Shown one piece after another: positions 39,501 to 52,800 of a stretch of DNA of 64,000 bases. This DNA is from Callorhinchus milii (Eukaryota): NCBI RefSeq assembly GCF_018977255.1, contig NW_024704812.1, forward strand, positions 186,001 through 250,000. Reading direction: 5' to 3'. The notes under the pieces are model-generated. The model was not told the DNA's origin, did not search any database, and was given only the letters and a program-made list of their open reading frames with translations. The position numbers and the translations under genes were made by a program. Numbering within the stretch: the stretch's first letter is position 1; every line of letters begins with the position of its first letter.

Positions 39501-40093
39501 TGCCCGGCTCCGCCACTGTCTCTCACCGCAGGCCACCGAGGCCCTCATCCATGTGTTCACCACAAACAGGCTTGACTTTGCCCCTCCCTGCTTGTCGGCC
39601 TCCCCAACGCCTCCCTGTGCAAACTGCAGATCATCCAGAACTAACTCTGCAGCTCCCCATACCCCCTAACAACCTGTCCGCTCTCTCTGCTCAGCGGGCT
39701 CCGGCCTGCTTCACATCCCCCGCCTCACCTGCCCCACCATCGGTTGGGCCTTCAGTTACTCTGCCCCACCCTCTGGAACTCCATCCCACAGTCCCTCCAT
39801 CCCACCCCATCACTCCCTCACCTCCTTCAAGGCCTGTCACAAGACTTTCCTTCAACCTGGTCACCTTCCTAACCCCTACCTCGCCACCATCCACCCCGTC
39901 CTGATCCCAACCCACAGCTCAGATCCAAATCCCTGACTGTCCAGGTCCTTGGGACGTCCTCCTGATGTGAAAGGTTCAGTGTAAAATGTTGTTGTTAGTA
40001 ATGGTCTGTCCGATCTGCATTGTGTTTCAGGACCTTGGAAAGCACCAAAAAGATATTTATCACAATTTACGTCGTAATGGCACCAGGAAGTAG
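30273..40093 (+). CDS. Gene C: paralog with V-A*-B-A-B-C-D-TM-ITAM; leader exon not in the assembly; frameshifts in its first three exons (errors or pseudogene)
   Basis: 11 exons located; the last eight are open and in phase. Confidence 0.75.
31757..32039 (+). CDS. Gene C hybrid A1/A2 exon, 2-nt deletion
   Basis: 283 nt versus 285. Confidence 0.75.
32673..32962 (+). CDS. Gene C first B-type exon, 1-nt deletion
   Basis: 290 nt; TGGAACAT versus TGGACACAT. Confidence 0.75.
33723..34007 (+). CDS. Gene C second A-type Ig exon
   Basis: 285 nt open. Confidence 0.9.
35914..36204 (+). CDS. Gene C second B-type Ig exon
   Basis: 291 nt open; [15 protein letters not shown]. Confidence 0.9.
36739..36978 (+). 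CDS. Gene C VSIG10-like Ig exon
   Basis: 240 nt open; [20 protein letters not shown]. Confidence 0.9.
37322..37636 (+). CDS. Gene C membrane-proximal Ig exon
   Basis: 315 nt open. Confidence 0.9.
38125..38223 (+). CDS. Gene C transmembrane exon
   Basis: 99 nt. Confidence 0.9.
38930..38985 (+). CDS. Gene C cytoplasmic exon 1 ([10 protein letters not shown])
   Basis: 56 nt. Confidence 0.8.
39311..39355 (+). CDS. Gene C cytoplasmic exon 2 (..DSGPYM)
   Basis: 45 nt. Confidence 0.8.
40031..40093 (+). CDS. Gene C last exon (DL..IYHNL..stop)
   Basis: 63 nt including TAG. Confidence 0.8.
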   Translation, partial: DLGKHQKDIYHNLRRNGTRK

Positions 40094-43000
40094 ATAGCTG
40101 TGACAACGTAGATCGATTTCAAGATCCTTTCAATCATCTACAAATCTCTTCAGGCTCTGGCACCTCCCTACCTCTCTCTCCGACCTGCTGACCCCCCAAC
40201 CCACTACCCACTGCCTCCTCTCGGCTGCCTCCGGCCTCCTGCGTGTCCCTCGTGCCCTCTGATCCATCATGGGGGGTCGTATTGTCAGACTTTGGAGTTC
40301 TCTCCCCGATCCTCCGCCTTTCCCCCTTTCCTCCCCTCTCCTATCCTTCTCCCTCTTTTAGATCAAGACTGAAAATCTTTCTCTTTGACCATGCTCACGG
40401 TCACCTTCTGCCTGTCTCTCCCCTCCAACTGGCTCTGCGTCAGGCTCCACCACTCCGAGACGCTACCCTCATAAAGGGCGCTGTGTAAATACAAGTTGTT
40501 GTTGTTGTGACTTATCGGCTCACTGAGAAGTTAATGTTATTTACCAGGAGTTCAGTATTCAGGGTGAAACGTAGNNNNNNNNNNNNNNNNNNNNNNNNNN
40601 NNNNNNNNNNNNNNNNNNNNNNNNNNNNNNNNNNNNNNNNNNNNNNNNNNNNNNNNNNNNNNNNNNNNNNNNNNNNNNNNNNNNNNNNNNNNNNNNNNNN
40701 NNNNNNNNNNNNNNNNNNNNNNNNNCCAAGCAGTAAGTAGGACCTCGCTTGTTAGTCAACAGCCAAGTAATTGCACAGAGGTGCCCCCAAACAGTTGCGG
40801 ATTGAAGTGACCAATTTATCTTTTTTGCAAGAATTACTATTATTACTATTATTATTAGTGAGAGACCTGAGTTCGATTCCTGGCCGGGCGAGGCCTTGGA
40901 CAAGTTTCCTTACTCCACACCCTGATAATAATCCCTCAAAAAAAACAATAATAAATTGGTCATTCCAATCCACGACTGTTTGTGGGACACTGCTGTGTAC
41001 AATTGGCTGCTGTGTTTCACCTACAAATGTAGTCAATTCACTATTCTGTGAAGCGCTTTGAGACGTCTAGAAGACGTGAAAAGCGTATATCAAATGCAAG
41101 GATTATTATTATTATTATTATTGTTGTTATTACCATTATTATCCCAGTCAGCTGGTACAGGACAAGGTACAGGAATCTGAGGCCACGAGCCAGCTTTATG
41201 AGTGAGCTAATCTTACAATGGCTTTCACTTCCACATGAAATTAGTGCTTCAAACCAACTGAAACCTTTGAGCTGTACAGCGATTAACTCCAGACATTCCT
41301 AACTCACAGATCACTGAGCTCCGGGTGGTTAACTGTCAGGGGTTTTATCGTTGGAGTCCTGCAGCTCAGTGGTTACAGCACTCGCCTCACAAGCGAGAGG
41401 ACCTTTGTTTGATTCCTGGGCGGGTCGGGGCATAATGTCCTTATTTCACACGCACACGCCTCTGTTTACACTGCAGTAAGTAAGAATACGGTTGTTAGTC
41501 GACTGGTGGATTACTTTTCTGGGGGTAATAATCCTTACAAAAAATAATATATTGGCTACTTCGATCCACGACTGTTTGTAGGACACTGCTGTGCGCAATT
41601 GTCTGCCGCGTTTCGCCCACAAATATACAGTCAATTCACTTTACAGTGTATTCTGTGAAGAGCTCTGAGATCTCGAAGACGTGATAAGGCGCTATATCAA
41701 ATGCAAGGATTATTATTATTGTTGTAGAATCACAGAATCTTACAACACAGGGGGAGGCCATTCAGCCCATCGTGTCTGTGCCGGTTCTTTGAAAGAGCTG
41801 CCCAATGAGTCCCACTCCCCCGCTCCTACCCCGTATCTCTGCATAGTTTTCCTTTTCAAGTCCCTGTCCAATTCCCTTTTGAAAGCTACTATGGAATCTG
41901 ATTTCATGAGCCTTTCCGACAGTACGTTTCAGATCGTAATAAATCGCTGCGTAAATGTCCCCTCGTCTCCCCTCTGGTTCTTTTCCCAATTATATTAAAT
42001 CTATGTTCTCCCGTTACTGACCCACACACCAGTGGAAACAGTTTCTCCCTATTTACTCTATCAAAACCCCTCATCATTTTGAACACCTATATTAGATCTC
42101 CCCTATCCTCCTCTTGCTCTAAGGAGAACAATCTCAGCTTCTCTCGTCTCTCCACATTTCTCTCTTGTTATCTTCTTCTGGTAATAAAATTCCTTTGGTT
42201 TGACCGCAATAATTCCATCTTGTGTCAGAGGTAAGGAGTGTGGTGGGGTGCACACTATCCCTGACAGTCACTACACAGTCTCTGAACACACAGTCACTAC
42301 ACTTTACAGTAGCATATCCTGCTGAGCTCTTTGAGCCGCTTCAATTAAATGATAATTGGCTGCTGTATTTCGGCTACAAAATACAGTCACTCCACTCTAC
42401 AATGTGTTCTATGAATGAGATGTCTCGACGACGTGATAAGGCGCGATATCAAATGGAATGATTATTATATTCACGTCAGGAGGACATCCCAAAGTGCTGG
42501 ACAGTCAGAGGTTTATACCCAGGTTGGCGGTTGGGATCAGGAAGGGTAGAGGACGGGGAGAGTGAGGGTAGGACAGTGACCAAAGATGTGATGGTCGACG
42601 AGGAAGGTCTTGAAACTGGCCTTGAAGGAGGCGAGGGAGGGGGCGGAGAGGCTGAAGGCCCGACAGCCAATGGTGGGGGAGGCGGGTGGGGGATGTGAAG
42701 CCGGCCGGAGCCTACTGAGTGGAGAGAATGGACAGGTTGGTAGGGGGTGAGTTAGGAGTTCACAGAGGTGGGGGGGAGTGAGGCCATGGAGTGCTTCAAA
42801 GGTGAGGACCAGGAGCTTGAACTGTACTCTCTCAGTGATGGGGAGTCAGTGGAGTCGAACGAAGATGGGGGTGATGGGGTAACGAAACATGACCCTGAAC
42901 ACATCCCTAAACAGTCACTGAACACATCACAAAACACACACTAAACCTGTGTCTCAGTGAGTATCTTGTGGAGTCCCTGTAGCTCAGGGGTTAGAGCGCT

Positions 43001-43598
43001 CGCCTCGCAAGCGAACGGATCTGGGTTCGATTCCCAGGTGTGTCAGGGCAAAACCTTAAGCAAGTTTCCTTACCCCACACACACACACACACACACACTT
43101 TTTACTCACACCTCTGTTTACCAGCAGTCAGTAGGAACCCGGGGGTTAGTCGATTGGGGGATCGATTTCCTGGGGGCAATAATATCTTTTAAAAAATAAT
43201 AATAATGTGGTCACTCAATCCACAACTGTTTGTGGGGACGTCGCTGTGTGCAATTGGCTGCCACATTTCAGCCCCCAAAACACACAGTCACTCCACTTTA
43301 CAGCGTATCCTGTGAAGCGCTTTGAGACGTTTCGAAGATGTGATAAGGTGCTGTATCAGATGGAAGGATTATTCAAAAATTTTTGTAACTAATACGGCAC
43401 TCAATCCTCTACTGTTTGTGGAACATTGCTGTATGGAATTGGCTGCTGCGTTTCTCCCACAAAACACAGTCACTACATTTCTCAGTGTATCCTGTGAAGC
43501 ACTTTGAGAAGTCTCAAAAACGTGATAAGGCGCTGTGTCAAACGCAAGGACTATTATTATAATAATATTAAAAATAGTGAGGGCGTAAAATGTGTCTT

Positions 43599-43659
43599 AC
43601 AGGAAGTAAATCTATTTATCTCATAAATTAACATATTAATTCCTGACAAAGTGAAAGTG
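43599..43659 (+). promoter_or_regulatory. Candidate proximal promoter: ETS core ACAGGAAG and IRF-type AAAGTGAAAGTG (copies 59584-59595 plus; 14617-14628 minus)
   Basis: non-repetitive sequence ~130-190 nt upstream of the ATG, conserved before genes A, D and E; motif match only. Confidence 0.4.
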
Positions 43660-43788
43660 CACCGGGTGCCATTAGAGCCAGTGTCAGGGTCTCTCTACAG
43701 TAACAGTAATGATTAACAGCAGACTCTGCCCTGTGTTCAGGTGACAGCCCATATTCAGTTTGTCTCTGTCTCTCTCCCTAACGTGTAT

Positions 43789-43852
43789 ATGTGGTGGTTT
43801 CCAGCCGCGAGGATGTTGGTGGCTGCTCTGCTCATTCTGGTCACTAATCTGA
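43789..43852 (+). CDS. Gene D exon 1, signal peptide
   Basis: 64 nt, ATG TGG TGG TTT.., GTGAGT donor. Confidence 0.8.
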
Positions 43853-46800
43853 GTGAGTTACTGGTAACAACATAAGCAAAGGTCCATCTCGTTCATCCCC
43901 CACCATCGTGGCAGTCGCTACACATGTCGTGTCCCAAACTATATACTGTGTGTGTCTCCCACTGTGTGTGTATATATATATCTCTGTCTGGATGTGTGTG
44001 TCTGTCTCACAGTATGTGTCTCTGTCTGTGTGTGTGTGTGTGATTATCTGGGGGGTGTCTGTCTCTCGGTATGTTTCTCTATCTATCCGCGTGTATCTCT
44101 GTCTTTCTGTATGTGTCTCTCTGTGTGTCTCTGTGTATGTGTCGCTCTCTGTGTGTGTCTGTGTTTCTGTCTCTCAGTGTGTGTGTCTGTGTCTCTGTTT
44201 GTGAGTGTGTGTGTTCTCTCAGTTTGTGAGTGTGTGTGTGTCTCTGTGTCCGCGTGTGTATGAGTGTGTGTGTGTGTCTCTCTATATGCATTTGTGAGTG
44301 TCTATGTGTGTCTCTGTTTGTCTGTGTATCTCTCTGTTTGTGAGTGTCTGTTTGTGTATCTCTCTGTTTGTGAGTGTCTGTGTGTCGTTGTGTGTCTGTG
44401 TCTCCTTCTCTGTGTGTTTGTGGATGTGCCTGTGTGTGTCTCTCTATGTGTGTGAGTGTCTCTCTGTGTCTGTGAGTGTGTCTATCTATGAGATATCCTC
44501 CCGACGTGAAAGTCGCTACACAAATGGTACCTCTCTCTGCCTCTGTGTGTGTGTCTCTGTCTCGGTGTGTGTGTATGTGTCTGTCTCCTCTCTCTCTATG
44601 TCTTTCTGTGTGTATCTGTGGGTCTATCTACTGTATCCCAAGCTATTATTTTCTAGCAGAAATCTATCTAAATCTATCTTTCATCTTAAACAAATGACAT
44701 TTTCTGAATTGTGCAGTTCTGTAGTTCAGTGGTAAGAGCGCTCACCTTGTAAGTGAGAGATCTGGGTTCGCTTCCCCTCTGGGGGAAACGTTGGGCAAGT
44801 TTCCTTACTTCACACGTACCCACACGCCTCTGTTTACCAGAAGTAAGTAGAAACCTGGTTGTTAGTCGATTGACGGATTGCTTTTCTGGGGGTAATAATT
44901 CCTTCAAAACTTTTGTCCACAAATATAGTCAATTCACCTGACAGTAATTCTGTGAAGCGCTTTGAGACATCTCAAAGACGTGATAAGACGTTAGATCAAA
45001 TGCAAGGATGAATATTATTATTACATTGTGATATTTGGTGATTGACTGTTGTGTGTGTTTTGTATTACAGAGCAGGTGGGAGCTTTCAGTCTGACCGTCA
45101 CTGAGAGTCAGATAGAAGCCACAGCCGGACAATCTGTGTACTTCCTGGTAATGCCCAGTGAACAGGGAAGTTTTAGTATAACATGGAAAGTCAACACCAG
45201 CTCCACAATCGCAACAGCACAGGGAACAACAGTGAAGTACTATGGAGACTACCAGGGTCGGGCTGAGCTTTACCCCAACAATGCCACTCTACGTCTGGAC
45301 ACAGTGACTCCGGCTGATTCCGGTTCGTACTCAGTGTCTGTGTATGACTTAATCCTCGGAGCAGCCTCAGCAGATTTACAACTGCGTGTTCACAGTGAGT
45401 AAACAACAACAGCGCCCTTCACGCGGAGTGTCCCGGAGCACTTTGCAGGGGCCGAGTCTGACCCCGACCTGGGGGGGGAGAGGGAGAGGAAGGCGGTGAC
45501 TGTAAACACGATCAAACTGGAAGGTCTTTAGGTGCGATTTGAAGGTGGGGAGGGAGGGGCGAGGCGTCGGGTTTGAGGGAGAAAGTGACGCAGTGGCTGA
45601 AGACACAGCCATTGATGGTGGAGTGGAGGGGACGAGGGACAAACAAGACCAAGATGGAACCAGCCAAGAGGAGGCACCTGGAGGTGCAGTGGGTGGGTGA
45701 GCAGGTCGGAGAGTTAGGGCAGTACCATGGCATGAAGGGATTTGAAAACGAGTGAGATGATCTCAAAATCGATCTGTTTGGTGATACGGAAACAGTGGGG
45801 CCTGGCGAGGGCGGGGGTGATGGGGTACAGAGTTTAGTGTGTGATAGGGAGCCAGTGGGGCCTGGCGAGGGCGGGAGTTGATGGGGTACAGAGTTTAGTG
45901 TGTGATAGGGAGCCAGTGGGGCCTGGCGAGGGCGGGGGTGATGGGGTACAGAGTTTAGTGTGTGATAGGGAGCCAGTGGGGCCTGGCGAGGGCTGGGGTG
46001 ATGGGGTACAGAGTTTAGTGTGTGATAGGAAAGCCAGGCAAGTGCCAGTGGATCTTGGGAGCAAGAGAGGGGGGGGGGGGGGGCGGGAGAGAGAGAGAGG
46101 AGGGGAGAGGGAGGGGGAGAGTGAGCAGCAGCGACGTATTTGCTCTGCTCTCCTGACAGACTGCAGTAAAGGCTCTGGTCGCTGGGTCTCCCAACCATCA
46201 GCTCCTGCCGCTGACCAGGGAGGGAGGGAGGGAGTGGAAATGGCCTCAGGTTGGATGTGGCTCGTGGATCTTTGACAAACGGGAATCCGGCCCACGGCAG
46301 CCACCCTGCTTCAGAGCATCGGTGAGAGCAGGGTGGGCCAACTGGTGGCCCACGGGCCGCATCCGGCCCCCGGGCCCATTTCATCTCATTCATTAAGCCA
46401 ATAAACCTGGACTGTGAGCTCCCAGAGTGTGGCTTTAAACCATAAAATTGTGCTACCAAATGAGCCAAACTGAGACCTGAATAAACAGTGAATCATAACA
46501 AACAGCGTCAGAAATAAAGTGTAGGGTTCAGCAAAGTGACTCCGAATAGGTTTGTGACAGTGAAGTGAATCTGAACAAGTTTCTCAATGAAATGAAACGC
46601 GTTATCTTACAGCTCTGCTGTCCAATGTGAGCATCAGCCTGAGTCCAGACAAGGAGATATTTATCGAGAATAAAGACACAGTGACACTAAGATGTACAGC
46701 GATGGGATTGTTCCCCACCTATTCCTGGGCACTGGATGGACACCCGTTACCTGTAACCCCACGTTACACACTGTCTGCAGCTAATAGCACTCTGACAATC

Positions 46801-49800
46801 AGCCCCGTACACAGGAGCGACAGTGGAGGGTTTATCTGCACGGCCAGTAACCTGGTGGGCAGTGACAGCAGCAAACCAGTGGCCCTAACCATACAAGGTG
46901 AGTTGGACCAATAGAAAAGTGCGCCCCTTTCTTGCGGAACCCACTATAATCAATAATGTACTTTCCGGCCCTCGGGCCTCGCTGACGTCACTGTGGGGCG
47001 CTCGGCTCCGGACACACAAGCGGCAAACGGACTTCACTAGGATTCACCGCTGTTGTGATTGTCTGTCTGTCTGTCTGTGTGTGTGTGAGTGTGAGTCTGT
47101 GTGTGTGAGTCTGTGTGTGTGAGAGAGGGTGTGGGTGTGTGAGAGAGGGTGTGTGAGAGGGAGTGTGTGTGTGAGTGTGTGTGAGAGTGCGTGTGTGACT
47201 CTCTGTTTGTGAGTGTCTCTTTGTGGATCTGTGTCTCTGATTGTGAGTGTCTGCGTGTCTCTCTCTCTCAGTTTGTGAGTGTGTTTGCATGCCTCTGTGT
47301 GCGTGTGTATGTGAGTGTGTGTATGTTTGTGAGTGTCTGTGTGTGTGTCTCTGTGTCTGTGTATCTCTCTGTGAGTGTCTGAGTATCTGTGTATCTCTCC
47401 GTGAGTGTCTGTGTGTTGTGTGTCTGTGTATCTCTCTGTTTGTGAGTGTCCATGTGTTTGTGTGTGTGTATGCCTGTTTGTGTGTGTCTGTGTGCCTCTG
47501 TGTGTCTGTGGATCCCTCTGTTTGTGAGTGTCTGTGTGTCTTTATGTGTCTGTGTATCTCTCTGTGAGTGTCTGTATGTGTCTCTGTATGTCTGTATTTC
47601 TGTTTATGAGTGTCTGTGTGTTTCAGTGTGTCAGTGTCTCTCTGTTTGTGAGTGTCTGCGTATCTCTGTTTGTGAGCGTCTGTGAGTCTTTGTGTGTCTG
47701 TGTCTCCGTCTCTGTGTGTTTGTGGGTGTGCCTCTGTGTGTCTCTCTATGTGTTTGTGAGTGTCTCTCTGTGTCTGTGAGTGCGTCTCTCTCTATGGGAC
47801 ATCCTCCCGACATGAAAGGCGCTATATAAATGTATGTATCTCTCTCTGTATCTGTGAGAGTGTGTGTCTCTGTGAGTCTGTGAGTGTGTGTGTGTCTCTC
47901 TCTGTGTTTGTGCATGTTTGTCTCTCTCTGTGAGTGTGTGAGTTTCCCTCTGGGTCTGTGTGTATGTCTCTGTGTTTCTGAGTGTGTGTTTCTCTCTCCC
48001 CCAAACGCCCCCAAAAAAGCCACCCAGTCCTTGTTAAAGAAGCAATTATATTTTCCCCAACAATGTAATATGTCCTATTTCCTCATGTCTCGTTTATATC
48101 AATAAAGTGAATACACGTTCATCAATATCCCCGTTCAACTCCCCGCCATTTTCTGCAAAATTTGTCAAAAATGCCCACAATTTTTACAAATATTTCTGCA
48201 CTTTTCTTGGCCCAGAGTGTTGAGCGCATAACTACCGGTATAACGATGCTGCTAACTACAGAACTGCATACTATGTACAGAGACCTGTAGCTCAGGGGTT
48301 AGAGCACTGGCCTCGCAAGTGAGGGGGTTTGATTCCCGGTGGGTCAGGGCGAAACATAGGGCAATTTTCCTTACTCCACACCCACGCCCCTCTGTTCATC
48401 AGCAGTAAGTACCCAGTTGTTAGTTGATTGGTGGATCACTTTTCCGGAGGTAATAATTCCCGTCAAAATACATAAAACAATAATAATAATTTGGTCACTC
48501 AATCCATGACTGTTTGTGGGGATGTCGCTGAGCTCAATTGGCTGCCGTGTTCCGCCCACAAAATACTGTCACTGCACTTTACAGCATATCCTGTGAAGCG
48601 TTTTGAGACGCCTCGAAGACGTGATGAGGTTATATCAAATGCAAGATTTATTATTATAACAACAACAGCTTACATTGATATAGCCCCCCTCACGCAGGAT
48701 AGCGTCCCAGAGCACTTGATGTCTGAATTAAGGGTGAATAATAATAACACTAACAGTGTCGGAAATGCAGTGCAGTGTTAGTAAAGTGAATCAGAACAGC
48801 TTTGTGTTAAGCTTTGTGTCTGAATGAAACGAAACGCTTTATCTTACAGCCTTGGTGTCCAATGTGAGCATCAGCCTGAGTCCAGACGGGGAGATGATGA
48901 TAGAGAATAAGGACACAGTGACACTGAGATGTACATCGATGGGATCGTTCCCCACCTATTCCTGGGCACTGGCTGGACACCCGTTACCTGTAACCCCACG
49001 TTACACACTGTCTGCAGATAATAGCACTCTGACAATCAGCCCCGTACACAGGAGCGACAGTGGAGGGTTTATCTGCACGGCCAGTAACCTGGTGAGCAGT
49101 GACAGCAGCAAACCAGTGAAGCTGGTGATAACTTGTGAGTATATTTGCTGTGGTGTTAAAACCAGATCAACGTGAGCTGAACAGGACAGTGCAGTTGGCC
49201 CACGTGTATCCCTACTTGTTCCAGTCTGGCTCAGCTCTCTATAAGTCAGAAGGTTGTGGCCTCACCTCAGTACTTGGAACTCATGTAGTCCAGACTGAAG
49301 CTCCAATGCAATGCTGGAATATTCTACATTGGGGTTTGATGCTGTGAATAGAGGAACAAACAGTGGGGTCCTGTAGTGGTTGGAGCCCTCACCTCGCAAG
49401 TGAGAGGACTTTGGTTTGATTCCCACCAATTGACTAATAACCGGGTTCCTAATTACTGCTCAGTAAACAGAGGGTGTGTTTGGGAGTAGGGAAACTTGGC
49501 CGACATTTTGCTCTATCAATAATATAATAATCCTTGCATTTGATACAGCGCTTTTCACGTCTTCTGGACGACTGAAACGCTTCACAGAATATACTGTAAA
49601 GTGAATTGACTGTATATTTGTGGGTGAAACGTGGCAGACAGTTGCGCACAGCGACATCCCCACAAACAGCCATAGATTGAAGTAACCAATTTATTATTGT
49701 TTTTTTTTTCTTGAGGGATTATTATCAGGCGTGTGGAGTAAGGAAAGTTGCCCAAGCATTCCCCCACCTGCTGGGAATCGAACCCAAGACTCTCACTTGC

Positions 49801-52800
49801 TCGAAACACTGAGCTACAGGACTCCACTATTGTTATTATCATTGGAAGAGCCGTTGTTTGGATGAGACGTTAAACTATCTGTCTGTTCAGGTTAAAGATC
49901 TCATCACCATTTGAGTATCAATCGGCCACTTGACTGTAGAGGGCCCCACAGACAAACCTAATCTCCTCACTAGACTGCAACACACACACCTGAGCCCGAG
50001 AGGGAGGTTAGGGACCAGGAGCAGGAACCCCGACTCACTTTAAACTCCTTGACCCAAAGTCAGCCTCACGTGACCTGAACTGCAATAATAGTAATGATAA
50101 TCACAATAATAATGATCATAGTCATGATCATCAGAATAATAATCATTCTAGCACTTGATATATCGCCTTATCAAGCGAGAGGACCTGGGTTTGATTCTTG
50201 GGCGGGTCAGGACGACACCTAACGCAACTTTCCTTACTCCACCCACACACCCCCACATTCACCCCCACACACACTATTGTTTGCCTAACAGTAAGCGGGA
50301 ACCCTTGTTAGTCGATTGCCGGATCACTTTTCCAGAGGTATTAACACATCCAAAAAACGTGCCTTACCTCGTCTCAAATCGCTTCACAGAATATATTGTA
50401 AAGTGAATTCACTGTATATTTTATGTGTGAAACGCGCAGCCAATTGCGCTCAGGAGGGACCCACAAAAGGCCAGAACAACAGCAACAACATCAACAAAAT
50501 TACATTTATAGAGCGCCTTTCACGTCAGGAAAACGTTCCAAAGTGCTGAACAGTCAGGTGTCGGGGCCCGAGCATGTGGGAGGGGTGGGGGAGGGGTGAG
50601 GGAAGGCAGAGAGGTGGGAGGGAGACCAAAAGCTCGATAAAGAAAAGGGTTTTGAGACCGGACTTGAAGGAGGCCAAGGAGGAAGCGAGGCCAAGGGACC
50701 GTGGGATGGAGTTCCAGAGTGTGGGGGCAGAGAAGCTGAAAGCCCGGCCAGCGATGGGCCGGGTAGGAGACATGGAGCAGCCGGAGCACACTGAACGGAG
50801 GACGCGGGCAGGTTGGTAGGGAGTCAGCAGGTCAGAGAGATAGGAGGGGGCAAGGCCATGGATGGCCTTAAAGGTGAGGACAAGCATCTGGTATTCCATC
50901 CTCTGAGGGATGGGGAGCCAGTGGAGTCGGCGAGGGTGGGAGTGATGGGGTCACGGAGCCGGGTGCACGAGAGTACACGAGCTGCAGAGTTTTGGATGAT
51001 CTGCAGTTTCTGAAGGGAAGAGTTGGGAAGGCCGATGAGGAGGGAGTTCACGTAATCAAACCTTGAGGTGATGAATGCGTGGGTGAAGGCTTCGGAAGCC
51101 TGATGGCTGAGACAGTGGCGGAGTCTGGCAATATTGCGGAGGTGGCGGAGTCTGGCAATATTGCGGAGGTGGCGGTAGGCAGTGCTGTCATGGCGCGGAT
51201 GTGGGGGAGAAAGGACAGTTCAGGGTCAAACAAGATTCCCAGGTTCCTGTGATACATGTAAAAAGGCTGTTTCTCTCACACTATCATCTGCCATCCATTT
51301 ATCTATCTATGTCATAGTTTAATGCTTTTTCTTTCAGATGGCCCTGATCCACCCACAGTTGAAGTGATCGGGCTGGAGCTATGTGACAGCTTCTTCCCAG
51401 GACAGTACTGTGGGAAGGAGGGAGATTTAGTGACACTCAACTGTCAGACGAAATGTTTCCCAGAGTGTAACTACACGTGGACACATAACACCGCGGTCAT
51501 TGCCGGCAACACCTCACAGCTGCCTATAGAGAGCCTCACGTTCCAAAGCAGCGGGGATTACACTTGCAATGTGGAGAGCGATTACACCACGATTAGCCGC
51601 ACGGAGAAGGTTTCAATCCTCGTGTACAGTGAGTTAGATCTCAGTCAAAGTTGGCACTGTCTAAATAACAACACATGGCATTTACACAGTGGCTTTCACG
51701 TCAGGAGGATGTCCCAAGGCGCTGGACAGTCAGGGACCCACACCTGAGCTGGGGGTTGCTATCAGGAGGGTTGGAGGGCAGGGAGATGGGTGTAGGAGGG
51801 TGACGAAGGCACAGTAGATCGCACAGGTTTGAAGAAGGCGAGGGAGAGGGCGAGGCGGAGCGGTTATGGGAGTTTCATAGGATGGGGCAAATTAGGGCAG
51901 AACGCCGATGATGGAGTGGGCCGGGAAGGGACATGGAGTAGGTTGGAGCCTAATGAGCGGAGGGAGTGGACAGCTTGGTCAGGGGTTAGGAGGTCACAGA
52001 GGAAGGGAGGGAGAAGTGAGGCCATTGAGGGCTTTGATAGTTGAGGATCAGGATCTTGAACAGTATCCTCTGAGGGATGGGGAGCCAGTGGAGCCGGGCG
52101 AGGGTGGGGACAACTCAAGGTGGAGCCAATAACTGGACTGTTTGTCTTTGCCTTGTTCAAGGGACTCCCACACAGCAGATCACATGCGGAGCAGCGGATA
52201 AAGGAACAGCAGTGGGGTTGATGTGCTCCTGGGCTGGTGGGGTGCCAGACACTGTCCTTCAGCTGAAGGTCGGACAGACGATTGTCAATGGGACAAACGA
52301 GGGGAATGTCACCATCACAAAGGATCAGCTCAGCTCCCGAGAGATCTTCACATGTGTTGGACGCCATGTTGTCTCTGACAGTCAATGCTCTATAGTCATT
52401 GGTGAGGACTTGAGGGCTGAACAGCAGCGACAATAACAAATTACACTTGTATAGCACTCTTCACGTCGCAAACACGTCCCGGGACGCTGCACAGTCTGGG
52501 TTTTTGGACCTGAGCTGGGAGTTGGGGTCAGGAGGGGTGGAGGGCAGGGGGTGGTGGTGGTTGGGGGTGGGAGGGTGGCTGAAGGTGCGGTTGGTCGAAG
52601 AGGAAGGTCTTTAGATGGGATTTAAGATGTCTCGATGGCGTGATAAGGCGCTGTATCAAACGGGAGGATTATTATTATTCCTACTGACTGTTGGGGTGAC
52701 TGTGTTGCTGTTTTGCTGAACGCCGTCTGTGCTGTTATACAGATAAACCCCAGAGAGCGTCAGGGTCTGAGCCTCAGGTGGAAGTGGGGAAGGAGGCAGA

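Noticed and set aside
40094-41000. Polyadenylation signal for the genes
   Set aside because: No AATAAA in unique sequence near the stop; the nearest lies inside a SINE, so the 3' end cannot be assigned from DNA alone
45512-46468. 318-aa minus-strand ORF, and similar long ORFs (19784-20779, 27485-28310, 4023-4778)
   Set aside because: Stop-poor translations of the VNTR and GA/CT low-complexity tracts, with no domain signal
47191-48023. CV-rich and HT-rich ORFs (also 10114-10728, 29333-30167, 43908-44735, 62873-63955)
   Set aside because: Translations of GT/CA compound microsatellites
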